Shown in pieces: positions 6,884-14,579 of a stretch of 14,579 nucleotides of DNA; within the stretch, counting starts at the first letter, position 1; every line of letters begins with the position of its first letter. A model generated the notes under the pieces. That model searched no databases and was not told where the DNA came from. It worked only from the letters and a program-made list of their open reading frames with translations. The stretch comes from Gemmatimonadales bacterium (GTDB taxonomy: Bacteria; Gemmatimonadota; Gemmatimonadetes; Gemmatimonadales; GWC2-71-9). The stretch spans positions 1-14,579 of the forward strand of contig JBBQFH010000048.1 of the NCBI GenBank assembly GCA_038321865.1, read 5' to 3'. The position numbers were made by a program, and so were the translations under genes.

Positions 6884-6918
6884 GGCGGCTTCGCAGACCC
6901 CCAACAATTGAGCATCCC

Positions 6919-7962
6919 ATGGCGCTGTTCGATCGCAAGAGGACCACGGTGGGCCTGGACATCGGCAGTGGCCTCATCAAGCTGGTGGCGATTTCCCACG
7001 GGTCCGGCGAACCGGTCCTCACCAAGGTCGCCTTCGCGTCGGTGGTGGACGATGCCATCGTCGAAGGCGAAGTGATGGACAAGGGGATCGTCGCCGACGC
7101 GATCAAGGGGCTGATGGCCTCCGCCGGGATCAAGACCAAGCAGGTCGTCTGTGCCGTGGGCGGGCGCGACGTGATCATCAAGAAGATCGCCATGGACCGG
7201 ATGAAGGAGGGCGACGCCCGCGAGGTGATCCGCTGGGAGGCCGAGCAGCACGTGCCGTTCGACATGGACAACGTGGAGCTCGATTTCCAGATCCTGGATC
7301 CCGAGGGCGACGGCCTTCAGATGACCGTGCTCCTGGTCGCCGCCAAGCGCGAGCTGGTCGAGACCAAGCTCGCCCTCCTGGCCGATGTGGGCCTCGAGCC
7401 GTCGGTGATCGACGTCGATTCCTTCGCGCTGCACAACGCCTTCGAAGTCAACTATCCCGACGCCATGCGCGGCGTGGTCGGCCTGATCAACATCGGGCAC
7501 GAGACCACCAACGTGAACATTCTGGACGACGGCATCCCGGTCCTCACCCGCGACATCGCCATCGGCACCCGGCGCTTTCGCGAGGACATGCAGCGCGAGC
7601 GCGGCCTGTCCGCCGACGACACCGAACGGATGCTGCAGGCCGCCGTCGCCGATGACGCGCTCCGCCCGTTCCTGGAGACCCGGGGCGAGGAGCTTGCCGT
7701 CGGCATCGAGCGCGCGGCCGCGTTCCTCCAGTCGGCCAGCCGGTCGGCGAGCGGCGTCTCACGGATCTACACCACCGGCGGCGGCGCCCGGATCCCGGGC
7801 CTCAACCAGGTGTTGGCCGATCGTCTCAAGCTCCCGGTGCAGATGGCGAATCCCATCGAGCGCCTGCAGATCGCCGACGGCGTGTTCGACATGATGGACG
7901 TGGATCAGGTCGCTCCACTGCTCATGTTGCCGATCGGCCTGGCGCTCCGCTCCGCCGCGTGA
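6919..7962 (+). CDS. pilM: Type IV pilus assembly protein PilM (actin/FtsA-like)
   Basis: VGLDIGSGLIKLV; IRWEAEQHVPF..VELDFQ; VLLVAAK; IDVDSFAL; INIGHETT; TGGGARIPGL; ANP; IGLALR. First gene of a pilMNOPQ block. Confidence 0.96.
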   Translation: MALFDRKRTTVGLDIGSGLIKLVAISHGSGEPVLTKVAFASVVDDAIVEGEVMDKGIVADAIKGLMASAGIKTKQVVCAVGGRDVIIKKIAMDRMKEGDAREVIRWEAEQHVPFDMDNVELDFQILDPEGDGLQMTVLLVAAKRELVETKLALLADVGLEPSVIDVDSFALHNAFEVNYPDAMRGVVGLINIGHETTNVNILDDGIPVLTRDIAIGTRRFREDMQRERGLSADDTERMLQAAVADDALRPFLETRGEELAVGIERAAAFLQSASRSASGVSRIYTTGGGARIPGLNQVLADRLKLPVQMANPIERLQIADGVFDMMDVDQVAPLLMLPIGLALRSAA

Positions 7963-7987
7963 CCCCGACCAAGGGAAGCCACTTGCG

Positions 7988-8713
7988 ATGATTACCATCA
8001 ATCTCCGCCCCGGCCAGAAGCGCAAGCGCCAGGGCTCGCCCATCCTCGCCGGGCTCGGCGAGCGGTTCAAGGTCGTCGGCGACCGGGTCAAGGATCCGCT
8101 GCTCGTCGCAGCGGCCGCCGCCTGGATCATCGTCGCCTCGGGCCTGCTCTGGGTCTGGACCTCGAACACGCGTCAGCTGCACGCACTGGAGCCGCGGCTC
8201 GAGCAGGTGCGCGTCGAGCACCGGCGCTTCAAGAATTTCATCGGGCAGAAGCGCCACCAGGAGCTGATTCGCGACTCCCTGGTCTCGCAGATCGGTGTCA
8301 TCCGCTCGGTCGACGGCGATCGCTACGTCTGGCCCCACGTGATGGATGAAGTGGCCCGGGCACTGCCGGCCTATACCTGGCTGACCGAGATGTCGCCGCT
8401 GGCATCGGAGGTGGCGGTGACGACGACCGCCAAGGCCGGCAAGGCGGCGGATGCGGACTCGGCCGAGACGTCGGATACCGCCAAGAAGGCGCTCACGTTC
8501 AAGATCACCGGCCGGACGGTGGACATTCAGGCCTACACCCGGTTCCTCCGCCAGCTCGAGGCCTCGCCGTGGGTCACCGACGTCACGCCGATCTCGGCGA
8601 TGACCGTGGTGGAGCACGAGCGGCCGGTGACGGCGTTCTCGATCAGCGCCACGTTCCGCAAGGCCGACTCGGCCTACATCCATACCGTCGCTCTCAGCCA
8701 GTCGGTGAGGTGA
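7988..8713 (+). CDS. pilN: Type IV pilus assembly protein PilN
   Basis: N-terminal INLRP (PilM-binding INLLP motif), one TM helix, coiled coil, WP..MDEVARALP..TWL and F LRQLEASPW ferredoxin-like domain. Confidence 0.92.
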   Translation: MITINLRPGQKRKRQGSPILAGLGERFKVVGDRVKDPLLVAAAAAWIIVASGLLWVWTSNTRQLHALEPRLEQVRVEHRRFKNFIGQKRHQELIRDSLVSQIGVIRSVDGDRYVWPHVMDEVARALPAYTWLTEMSPLASEVAVTTTAKAGKAADADSAETSDTAKKALTFKITGRTVDIQAYTRFLRQLEASPWVTDVTPISAMTVVEHERPVTAFSISATFRKADSAYIHTVALSQSVR

Positions 8714-8716
8714 GTC

Positions 8717-9346
8717 ATGGCACTCGATAGTCGGAAATCCACGCCGATCTTCCTGCTGCTGCTCGCAGGGCTGGTTGGCTACATGCTCTACAGCGGCGCC
8801 GGCGTCTCCACGCTCGGCTACCCCGGCCTCGCGGCCGGCAAGGCCCGCGTCGCCGCGGTCAAGGACACGATCAAGACGCTCCAGGCGCAGACCGACAGCG
8901 CCAAGCGCGAGCTCGCGACCGGGACCGTCGAAGACCTGAAGCACCGCCTCGAGGCCTACCGCGCCAGCCTGACGATGCTGCGGCGCCTGGTGCCGGAGCG
9001 GAGCGAGGTGCCCAACTTGCTGGACGACATGTCCAACCGGGCGCGGGTCCGCGGCGTGACGATCTCCCGTGCCGATCCGGTGCTCCCGGTCGAGCCCGGT
9101 CCGGCGCCGTTCGAGACCCAGACGTTCAACATCTCGGTGCTCGGGCACTACGACCAGATCGGCGCCTTCCTGGCCGATGTCGCGAGCCTGCAGCGCATCA
9201 TCGTGCCGGTCGAGCTCAACGTCCTGGCTGCCCCGCAGCCCGCGATGAAGGCGCTCGGCGATACCACCGGCGCGCTGCTCGAGGCGAAATTCCAGATCCG
9301 CACCTATGTCAAGTCTGCCGGCACGGAGGACGCAAGTGGCACGTAA
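8717..9346 (+). CDS. pilO: Type IV pilus assembly protein PilO
   Basis: One TM helix, coiled coil, LVPERSEVPNLLDDM, GHYDQIGAFLADVASLQRII, and C-terminal RTY. Confidence 0.93.
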   Translation: MALDSRKSTPIFLLLLAGLVGYMLYSGAGVSTLGYPGLAAGKARVAAVKDTIKTLQAQTDSAKRELATGTVEDLKHRLEAYRASLTMLRRLVPERSEVPNLLDDMSNRARVRGVTISRADPVLPVEPGPAPFETQTFNISVLGHYDQIGAFLADVASLQRIIVPVELNVLAAPQPAMKALGDTTGALLEAKFQIRTYVKSAGTEDASGT

Positions 9347-9998
9347 TCATCTCGCCGCCTGTCTCGTCGCGACCCTCGCGCTCGGCGCGTGTGGCGGGGC
9401 GAAGCAGCATGCGGCCGACGACGTCGCGGCCAAGAAGGTAGCCGCGCAGCGCGCTCACAACGACAGTGTCCGGAAGGCGCGTGCGACCATGGCCGTGCCC
9501 GATTCCGTGGCTCAGGTCCGCACCACGCTGGCCGCCGCCACGGCGCACGTCGACACCGCCAGGCCGGCGGTGACGGCCGGCGCCACCCAGGCCGCGGGCA
9601 CGCGGGTCGATTCGATGCATGTCGCGGCGGCGGAAGCCGCCCGTACCGATTCGCTCGACAAGGTCCACGAGACCGAAGTCCAGCGCGAGACCTTCGCCTA
9701 CGCCGGCGGAACCCGCGACCCCTTCGCCTCGCTGATCACCGTCACCAGCGCCGGGCCCGAGATCTCCGACCTCCAGCTGGTCGGCGTCTACATGGATCTC
9801 CGGAACGACGCCAACACCGTCGCGATTCTTCGGGAAAAGGTCAGCAGCAAGCGTCACAAGGTCCGCGTCGGCGATCGCATCGGCCGGCTCCGGGTGAAGG
9901 ATATTCGCCCGCGTGACGTGGTGTTCCAGGTTGAGGACTTCGGATTCGAGCGGCAGGAAACTCTCTCGTTGCGCAAGCAGGAGGACGTGACGCCATGA
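9336..9998 (+). CDS. pilP: PilP-like lipoprotein, 220 aa
   Basis: RBS GGAGGA 9325-9330 and GTG 9336 (preferred to ATG 9306). Lipobox LGA-C19; Ala-rich linker; RDPF motif; C-terminal beta domain (LQLVGV..VAIL..VRVGDRIG..VKDI). Lies between pilO and pilQ. Confidence 0.82.
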   Translation: MARNHLAACLVATLALGACGGAKQHAADDVAAKKVAAQRAHNDSVRKARATMAVPDSVAQVRTTLAAATAHVDTARPAVTAGATQAAGTRVDSMHVAAAEAARTDSLDKVHETEVQRETFAYAGGTRDPFASLITVTSAGPEISDLQLVGVYMDLRNDANTVAILREKVSSKRHKVRVGDRIGRLRVKDIRPRDVVFQVEDFGFERQETLSLRKQEDVTP

Positions 9999-11791
9999 AG
10001 GCTCTGTCTCGTATGACCCTGGCCGCCGCCGCGGCACTGCTGGCCGCCGCGCCGGCTCGTGCCGACGATGGCCCGCTGAGCGGCGAAGTCACGGCCGTAA
10101 GCGTCATGCCGTCTCCCGGCCGCGCTGAGATCGTCGTCACCGTGCATGGCACGGTGGACGTGAAGGACTTCATGCTCCGCGGGCCCGACCGTCTGGTGCT
10201 CGACGTGGTCGGTGCCCACCTGAGCGGCGCGACCGCGCTGTACGACGGCGTGAACCGCGGTGGCGTTCGGAACCTTCGCTACAACCAGTTCCGGCCCGAC
10301 GTCGTGCGCATCGTGCTCGAGCTCGATGGCGCCAAGGACTACAAGGTGTCCCGCGATGGCGACGCGATTCGCGTCTCGTTCGGGTCCGACCGCACGTTCC
10401 TGTCCTGGTCGTCCACGACGCCGTCCGACCTGACGCCGCCGGCCCGCGCCGCGGCGCCGCGTCCGGCCGTGCGCAGCGAAGTCACCGTGCCTGACGAGGC
10501 GCCACGCAGCGTCGCCCAGGGTGAGCCCCGCATCACCGTCACCTGGGACCGCGCCACCATCGGCGACGTCATCGCCGGCTTCGCGGCGTTCAGCGGCAAG
10601 ACCATCATCCTGGGCAAGGACATCAAGGGTGAGGTAACGGCCGAGATCAAGAACCAGCCATGGCCGCAGGCGTTCGCGGCGATCCTCGCCGCCCAGGGGC
10701 TGACCGCGCAGGAAATGCCCGGCGGCATCATCCGGGTCGACGCGCCGTCCACCCTCGCCGCGCTCGATTCGACCGAGCCGCTCGAGACCGCGGTGGTCCG
10801 GATCAATTACAAGCAGGCCGACTCGCTGGCCAAGACGGTCGAGACCGTCGTGACCAAGGGGCGCGGCCGGGTCATCGCCGACCGGGGGTCCAACGCCCTC
10901 GTCATTACCGACACGCACAGCCACATCGGCCAGGTCACCGACTTCGTCCGCGGGCTCGATATCCGGACGCCGCAGGTGTCGATCCAGGCCAAGATCATCT
11001 TCGTCGACCGGACCGACCTGCAGCAGCTCGGCATCCGGTACGACCTGGGCAGCCGGTCGCAGTTCTTCAACAAGCTGATCGCGCGGCCGGACCAGAACAA
11101 GACGGATGGCTCGACCTACCCGTCTACCGTCAACGTGATCGACCTGGGCGGCAATTCGCTCTCGGCGATCGGCAACGCCGACGCGACCGTCCAGCAGTCG
11201 GCGCTCGACCTGGTCTTTTCCACGGCCATCGGCGGCTTCTCGCTCACCAGCTTCCTGAGCGCGCTCGAGACGGTGCAGCTCTCCGACGTGCAGGCCGAGC
11301 CGCTCATCACCACGCTCGACAACCGCCCCGCCGACATCTTCGTCGGTGACGAGATCCCGCTCCGCGTCGTCGACGCGAGCTCGGCCTCGGGTGGCGCCAC
11401 CGGCGGCAGCACGGCGCCACGCTCCACGGTGCAGTTCAAGGAGGCGGGTATCCGCCTGACCGTGACGCCGCACGTGACCAACAACCGGCAGATCCTGATG
11501 GAGCTGAAAACGGAGCGGTCCGCCATCCAGACACTCGCGGCGGCCGACCTCGGCTTCACCATCAACAAGCAGAGCTCCGACAACCAGCTGCTCGTCGCGG
11601 ACGGCGAAACCAGCGTGATCGGCGGCCTGACCGTCACCACCGTCACCAAGAGCCGCTCGGGTATCCCGCTGCTTTCGGGCCTCCCGATCGTCGGCAAGCT
11701 GTTCAGCTTCAGCTCCGAATCCGAGAACCGGCGTGATCTGATTATCTTGGTCACACCCCGAATCGTCGACGACGGCGTCTCGACCCCCTGA
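9995..11791 (+). CDS. pilQ: Type IV pilus secretin PilQ (signal peptide, one AMIN domain, N-domains, secretin domain), 598 aa
   Basis: ATGA overlap with pilP and RBS GGAGGA. AMIN motif (PDRLVLDV..VRIVLEL); PWPQAF; DRGSNALVITD; LDIRTPQVSIQAKI; TLDNRPA; GIRLTVTPHV; DGETSVIGGL; GIPLLSGLPIVGKLF; LIILVTPRIV. Confidence 0.96.
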   Translation: MKALSRMTLAAAAALLAAAPARADDGPLSGEVTAVSVMPSPGRAEIVVTVHGTVDVKDFMLRGPDRLVLDVVGAHLSGATALYDGVNRGGVRNLRYNQFRPDVVRIVLELDGAKDYKVSRDGDAIRVSFGSDRTFLSWSSTTPSDLTPPARAAAPRPAVRSEVTVPDEAPRSVAQGEPRITVTWDRATIGDVIAGFAAFSGKTIILGKDIKGEVTAEIKNQPWPQAFAAILAAQGLTAQEMPGGIIRVDAPSTLAALDSTEPLETAVVRINYKQADSLAKTVETVVTKGRGRVIADRGSNALVITDTHSHIGQVTDFVRGLDIRTPQVSIQAKIIFVDRTDLQQLGIRYDLGSRSQFFNKLIARPDQNKTDGSTYPSTVNVIDLGGNSLSAIGNADATVQQSALDLVFSTAIGGFSLTSFLSALETVQLSDVQAEPLITTLDNRPADIFVGDEIPLRVVDASSASGGATGGSTAPRSTVQFKEAGIRLTVTPHVTNNRQILMELKTERSAIQTLAAADLGFTINKQSSDNQLLVADGETSVIGGLTVTTVTKSRSGIPLLSGLPIVGKLFSFSSESENRRDLIILVTPRIVDDGVSTP

Positions 11792-11811
11792 GACGCGCAT
11801 GACCAGATCTC

Positions 11812-11850
11812 CACACGAGCCCGGCGGTCGCCGGGCTCGTGTGCTTTCCT
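11812..11850 (+). terminator. Probable intrinsic terminator after pilQ
   Basis: Perfect 15-bp inverted repeat CACACGAGCCCGGCG-gt-CGCCGGGCTCGTGTG followed by CTTTCCT. Confidence 0.72.
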
Positions 11851-11885
11851 AATGGGGCGGCTGCCGTACCGGGGCGGAGGCTACG

Positions 11886-13097
11886 ATGAGGCTGCGCTTC
11901 ACGACGGCGGGCGAATCGCACGGCAAGGCCCTCGTCTCGATTGTCGAGGGGCTGCCGGCGGGACTGCCGATAACTGCCGAATGGGTGGACCACGATCTCG
12001 CGCGCCGCATGCAGGGCTACGGGCGCGGTGCGCGGATGCAGATCGAGCGAGACCGGATCGAGTGGCTCGCCGGCGTTCGCGCGGGCGAAACGATCGGCTC
12101 TCCCGTCGCCATGCTGATTCCGAATCGCGACTGGGCCAATTGGCAGGATGTGATGGCGCCGGAGGGGGCGCCGGGCGAGCTCCGCCGCCGGCGGGTCACC
12201 CGCCCGCGTCCCGGCCACGCCGACCTGGTGGGCGTGCTCAAGTATGACCGGCTCGATGCGCGGGACATCCTCGAGCGGGCGAGCGCGCGGGAGACGACGG
12301 CCCGGGTCGCGGCCGGCGCCCTCGCGCGGCGCCTGCTCGAGGAACTGGGTGTGGAAGTCGGCAGCCACGTCGTGTCGCTCGGCGGGGTGCGGGCGGCGCC
12401 GCCGGCGGCCCTGCCGGCGCCACTCAACCCGGCGGTGGACCGCTCCGAGGTCCGGACCCTCGACGCCTCAGCCGAGGCACGCATGATTCAGGCGATTGAC
12501 GCGGCCAGGGCGGCAGGCGACACCCTCGGCGGCGAGGTCGAGGTCGTCGCCCGCGGGGTCATGCTCGGTCTGGGCAGCCACGTCAGCTGGGACCGGAAGC
12601 TCGACGGCCGCCTTGCCGGGATGCTGATGTCGATTCCGGCGGTCAAGGGGGTCGAAGTCGGGCTTGGCTTCGAGGCCGCCCGGCGTTCCGGGTCCGCGGT
12701 ACACGACGCAATTCTCGGGGACGGAGACGGGGCCGGGCCAACGCGCTTTCGCCGGCAGAGCAACAACGCCGGCGGTCTGGAGGGCGGCATGACGACCGGG
12801 GAACCGCTCGTTGTTCGGGTAGCGATGAAGCCGATCTCGACGCTCATGGCGCCGCTGCGCACGGTGGATCTGGCATCCGGCGCCGCGGCCAACGCGCAGA
12901 GCGAGCGATCGGACGTGACCGCGGTGCCGGCCATGGGCGTCATCGCCGAGGCGCTGGTTTGCCTGGTGCTGGCCGACGCGGTGCTCGAGAAGTTCGGCGG
13001 GGATTCGCTGACCGAATTGCGACGGAACGTGGACGGTTACGTCGCGGGCCTCGGCGCGCGCTGGACCGCGCTCCGCGCAACCGCGGAGCCGGTATGA
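11886..13097 (+). CDS. aroC: Chorismate synthase
   Basis: RBS GGAGG 11876-11880. TAGESHG; PRPGHADL; ERASARET; SIPAVKGVE; NNAGGLEGGMTTG; MKPISTL; ERSD. Confidence 0.98.
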   Translation: MRLRFTTAGESHGKALVSIVEGLPAGLPITAEWVDHDLARRMQGYGRGARMQIERDRIEWLAGVRAGETIGSPVAMLIPNRDWANWQDVMAPEGAPGELRRRRVTRPRPGHADLVGVLKYDRLDARDILERASARETTARVAAGALARRLLEELGVEVGSHVVSLGGVRAAPPAALPAPLNPAVDRSEVRTLDASAEARMIQAIDAARAAGDTLGGEVEVVARGVMLGLGSHVSWDRKLDGRLAGMLMSIPAVKGVEVGLGFEAARRSGSAVHDAILGDGDGAGPTRFRRQSNNAGGLEGGMTTGEPLVVRVAMKPISTLMAPLRTVDLASGAAANAQSERSDVTAVPAMGVIAEALVCLVLADAVLEKFGGDSLTELRRNVDGYVAGLGARWTALRATAEPV

Positions 13098-13621
13098 GCG
13101 ACCGCCGCCACGTCATCCTCATCGGCCTGCCGGCCGCAGGCAAGACCACGATCGGCCAGCGGGCAGCGGCGGCGCTCGGTGCACCGTTCGTGGATATCGA
13201 CGCCGTCATCGTCCGCCAGCAGCAGATGCCCATCGCGAGCGTGATCGGCGAGCTGGGCGAGGCGCGTTTCCGCGAGCTCGAACGGCAGGCGGTACGCGCG
13301 GTCCTGACCGGCGGCACACCGACCCTCATTGCGCCCGGCGCGGGATGGGCCGTCCAGCCGGGGCAGATCGAGGTCGCCCGGACGTCGGCCCTGCTGATCT
13401 ATCTCAAGACGATGGCGACGAGCGCTTCCAAGCGGATCGGCAGCGATGCGTCCCGGCCGCTCCTGGCAGGCGACAATCTGCTCGAGCGGCTGCGTGATGT
13501 GCTGGCGGCGCGGGAGCCGTTTTACGCCCGCAGCGACCATGAAGTGACCACCGATGGCCGGTCGGTCGAAGCGATCACCGACGATGTCGTGGCGTTGGCT
13601 CGCCTCGGCGCCGGCTGGTAA
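13094..13621 (+). CDS. aroK: Shikimate kinase, 175 aa
   Basis: ATG 13094 overlaps the aroC stop (ATGA). P-loop GLPAAGKTTIG; FVDID; GEARFRELE; lid RPLL; R.PFY. Confidence 0.93.
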   Translation: MSDRRHVILIGLPAAGKTTIGQRAAAALGAPFVDIDAVIVRQQQMPIASVIGELGEARFRELERQAVRAVLTGGTPTLIAPGAGWAVQPGQIEVARTSALLIYLKTMATSASKRIGSDASRPLLAGDNLLERLRDVLAAREPFYARSDHEVTTDGRSVEAITDDVVALARLGAGW

Positions 13622-13699
13622 GTGCTGAAATAACAAGAAATTACGGATGACGTCCTTGCCAGCCCCGGACCGCCGCGTTTTCTTGGTACCTCGCATCGT

Positions 13700-13730
13700 T
13701 TGACATTGCATGCTCCTCGCTGGCTATTCT
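13700..13730 (+). promoter_or_regulatory. Sigma70-type promoter of topA (19-bp spacer)
   Basis: TTGACA 13700-13705, 19 bp, TATTCT 13725-13730, then 6 nt (GGCGGT) and the topA ATG. Confidence 0.6.
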
Positions 13731-13736
13731 GGCGGT

Positions 13737-14579
13737 ATGGCAACCACGAAGAAAACACGCGCGACCAAGGCCACGAAGGCCATCAAAGCCACGAAAGCCG
13801 TCAAGGCCACGAAGGCCCCCAAGGCGACCAAGGGCCGGGGCGCTGCGGTGCGGAGCGGGGACGCGCTGGTCATCGTCGAATCGCCCACCAAGGCCAAGAC
13901 GATCGGCAAGTACCTCGGCCGGGGCTACTCCGTGAAAGCGACGGTCGGCCATATCCGCGACCTTCCGACCCGAAAGCTCGGGGTCGAGATCGAGGGAGGT
14001 CGCTTCACGCCCGAATACGTGATCATCAAGGGAAAGAGCGCGACGGTTTCCGAGATCAGGCTGGCCGCAAAAAGCGCGAGCCGCGTCTATCTCGCCACCG
14101 ACCCGGACCGCGAGGGTGAGGCGATTGCCTGGCACGTGGCCAGCCAGATCGGAGCCGGCATCCCGATGCAGCGGGTGCTGTTCCACGAGATCACCAAGGA
14201 CGCGGTGCAGGACGCCATCGCCAACGCCGGCGAAATCGACGAGCAGAAGGTCAATGCGCAGCAGGCCCGCCGCATCCTCGATCGGCTGGTCGGCTACAAG
14301 GCGAGTCCCATCCTGTGGAAGAGCATCAAGACCGGCCTGTCGGCCGGGCGGGTGCAGACCGTGGCGTTGCGCCTGCTGGTCGAGCGCGAACGCGACATCC
14401 GTGCGTTCACCGCCCAGGAGTACTGGAGCATCGAGGCGCTCTGCGCCGCCGGCGGGCAGACGTTTGAGGCCGGGCTCCACAAGGTGGACGGCCACAAGCC
14501 GCAGCTCACCAGCGCCGCCGAGGCCCAGGCGGTGGTAGACGCGGTGCGGGCGCTGCCGTTCGTCGTCACCAGCGTCGAG
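13737..14579 (+). CDS. topA: DNA topoisomerase I (type IA), 5' part, runs off the window
   Basis: Open from ATG 13737 to the window end. TOPRIM LVIVESPTKAKTIGKYLG; GHIRDLP; YLATDPDREGEAIAWH; FHEITK; AQQARRILDRLVGY; LSAGRVQTVAL; EYWSI. Absent from the ORF track because no stop falls in the window. Confidence 0.97.
   Translation, partial: MATTKKTRATKATKAIKATKAVKATKAPKATKGRGAAVRSGDALVIVESPTKAKTIGKYLGRGYSVKATVGHIRDLPTRKLGVEIEGGRFTPEYVIIKGKSATVSEIRLAAKSASRVYLATDPDREGEAIAWHVASQIGAGIPMQRVLFHEITKDAVQDAIANAGEIDEQKVNAQQARRILDRLVGYKASPILWKSIKTGLSAGRVQTVALRLLVERERDIRAFTAQEYWSIEALCAAGGQTFEAGLHKVDGHKPQLTSAAEAQAVVDAVRALPFVVTSVE
13761..13832 (+). repeat. 8 x 9-bp coding tandem repeat, (A-x-K)8, at the TopA N-terminus
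   Basis: gcgaccaag gccacgaag gccatcaaa gccacgaaa gccgtcaag gccacgaag gcccccaag gcgaccaag encodes ATK ATK AIK ATK AVK ATK APK ATK. Confidence 0.9.

Noticed and set aside
3574..11791. Type II secretion system interpretation of the pseudopilin-like genes and secretin
   Set aside because: The PilM/N/O/P set, an AMIN-containing secretin and PilA-like pilins indicate a type IVa pilus.
13328..13349. AroK has IAPGAGW in place of the usual GGG motif
   Set aside because: A single conservative deviation; the other catalytic motifs and aroC coupling are intact, so there is no ground to call a pseudogene or new function.
786..14495. Long minus-strand and alternate-frame ORFs (786-1976, 1921-3198, 7922-9148, 9854-11800, 13641-14495 and others)
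   Set aside because: Shadow ORFs of high-GC genes: they overlap well-supported + strand genes and show no recognisable motifs.

Overview
GC-rich bacterial window, all real genes on the + strand, holding a type IVa pilus (T4aP) locus followed by housekeeping genes. Order: 3' end of a pilin (probably the major pilin, followed by an intrinsic terminator), a second paralogous pilin, a PilS-like membrane histidine kinase, a PilR/NtrC-family sigma54 activator, a sigma54 promoter, four minor pilins (FimT/FimU-, PilV-, PilW-like and an enlarged PilX-like), a 484-bp structured intergenic region with a consensus sigma54 promoter and a sigma70-type promoter, pilMNOPQ, a strong hairpin, aroC, aroK and the 5' part of topA (missed by the ORF track because it runs off the end). 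The gene order and pilin style suggest Gemmatimonadota (inference, unchecked). Most notable: (1) strong enrichment of the Bacteroidota-type O-glycosylation sequon D-(S/T)-(A/I/L/V/M/T) in exported pilus proteins, with five in a row in the PilP linker; (2) a large ComZ-like PilX with no pilY1 in the cluster; (3) two sigma54 promoters, each with IHF-like and candidate enhancer sites; (4) an apparently leaderless topA with a long-spacer promoter and an N-terminal histone-H1-like (AxK)8 repeat; (5) an Arg-rich, RxxD-containing insert in the kinase ATPase domain. No mobile elements, CRISPR arrays, tRNA or rRNA genes were seen.
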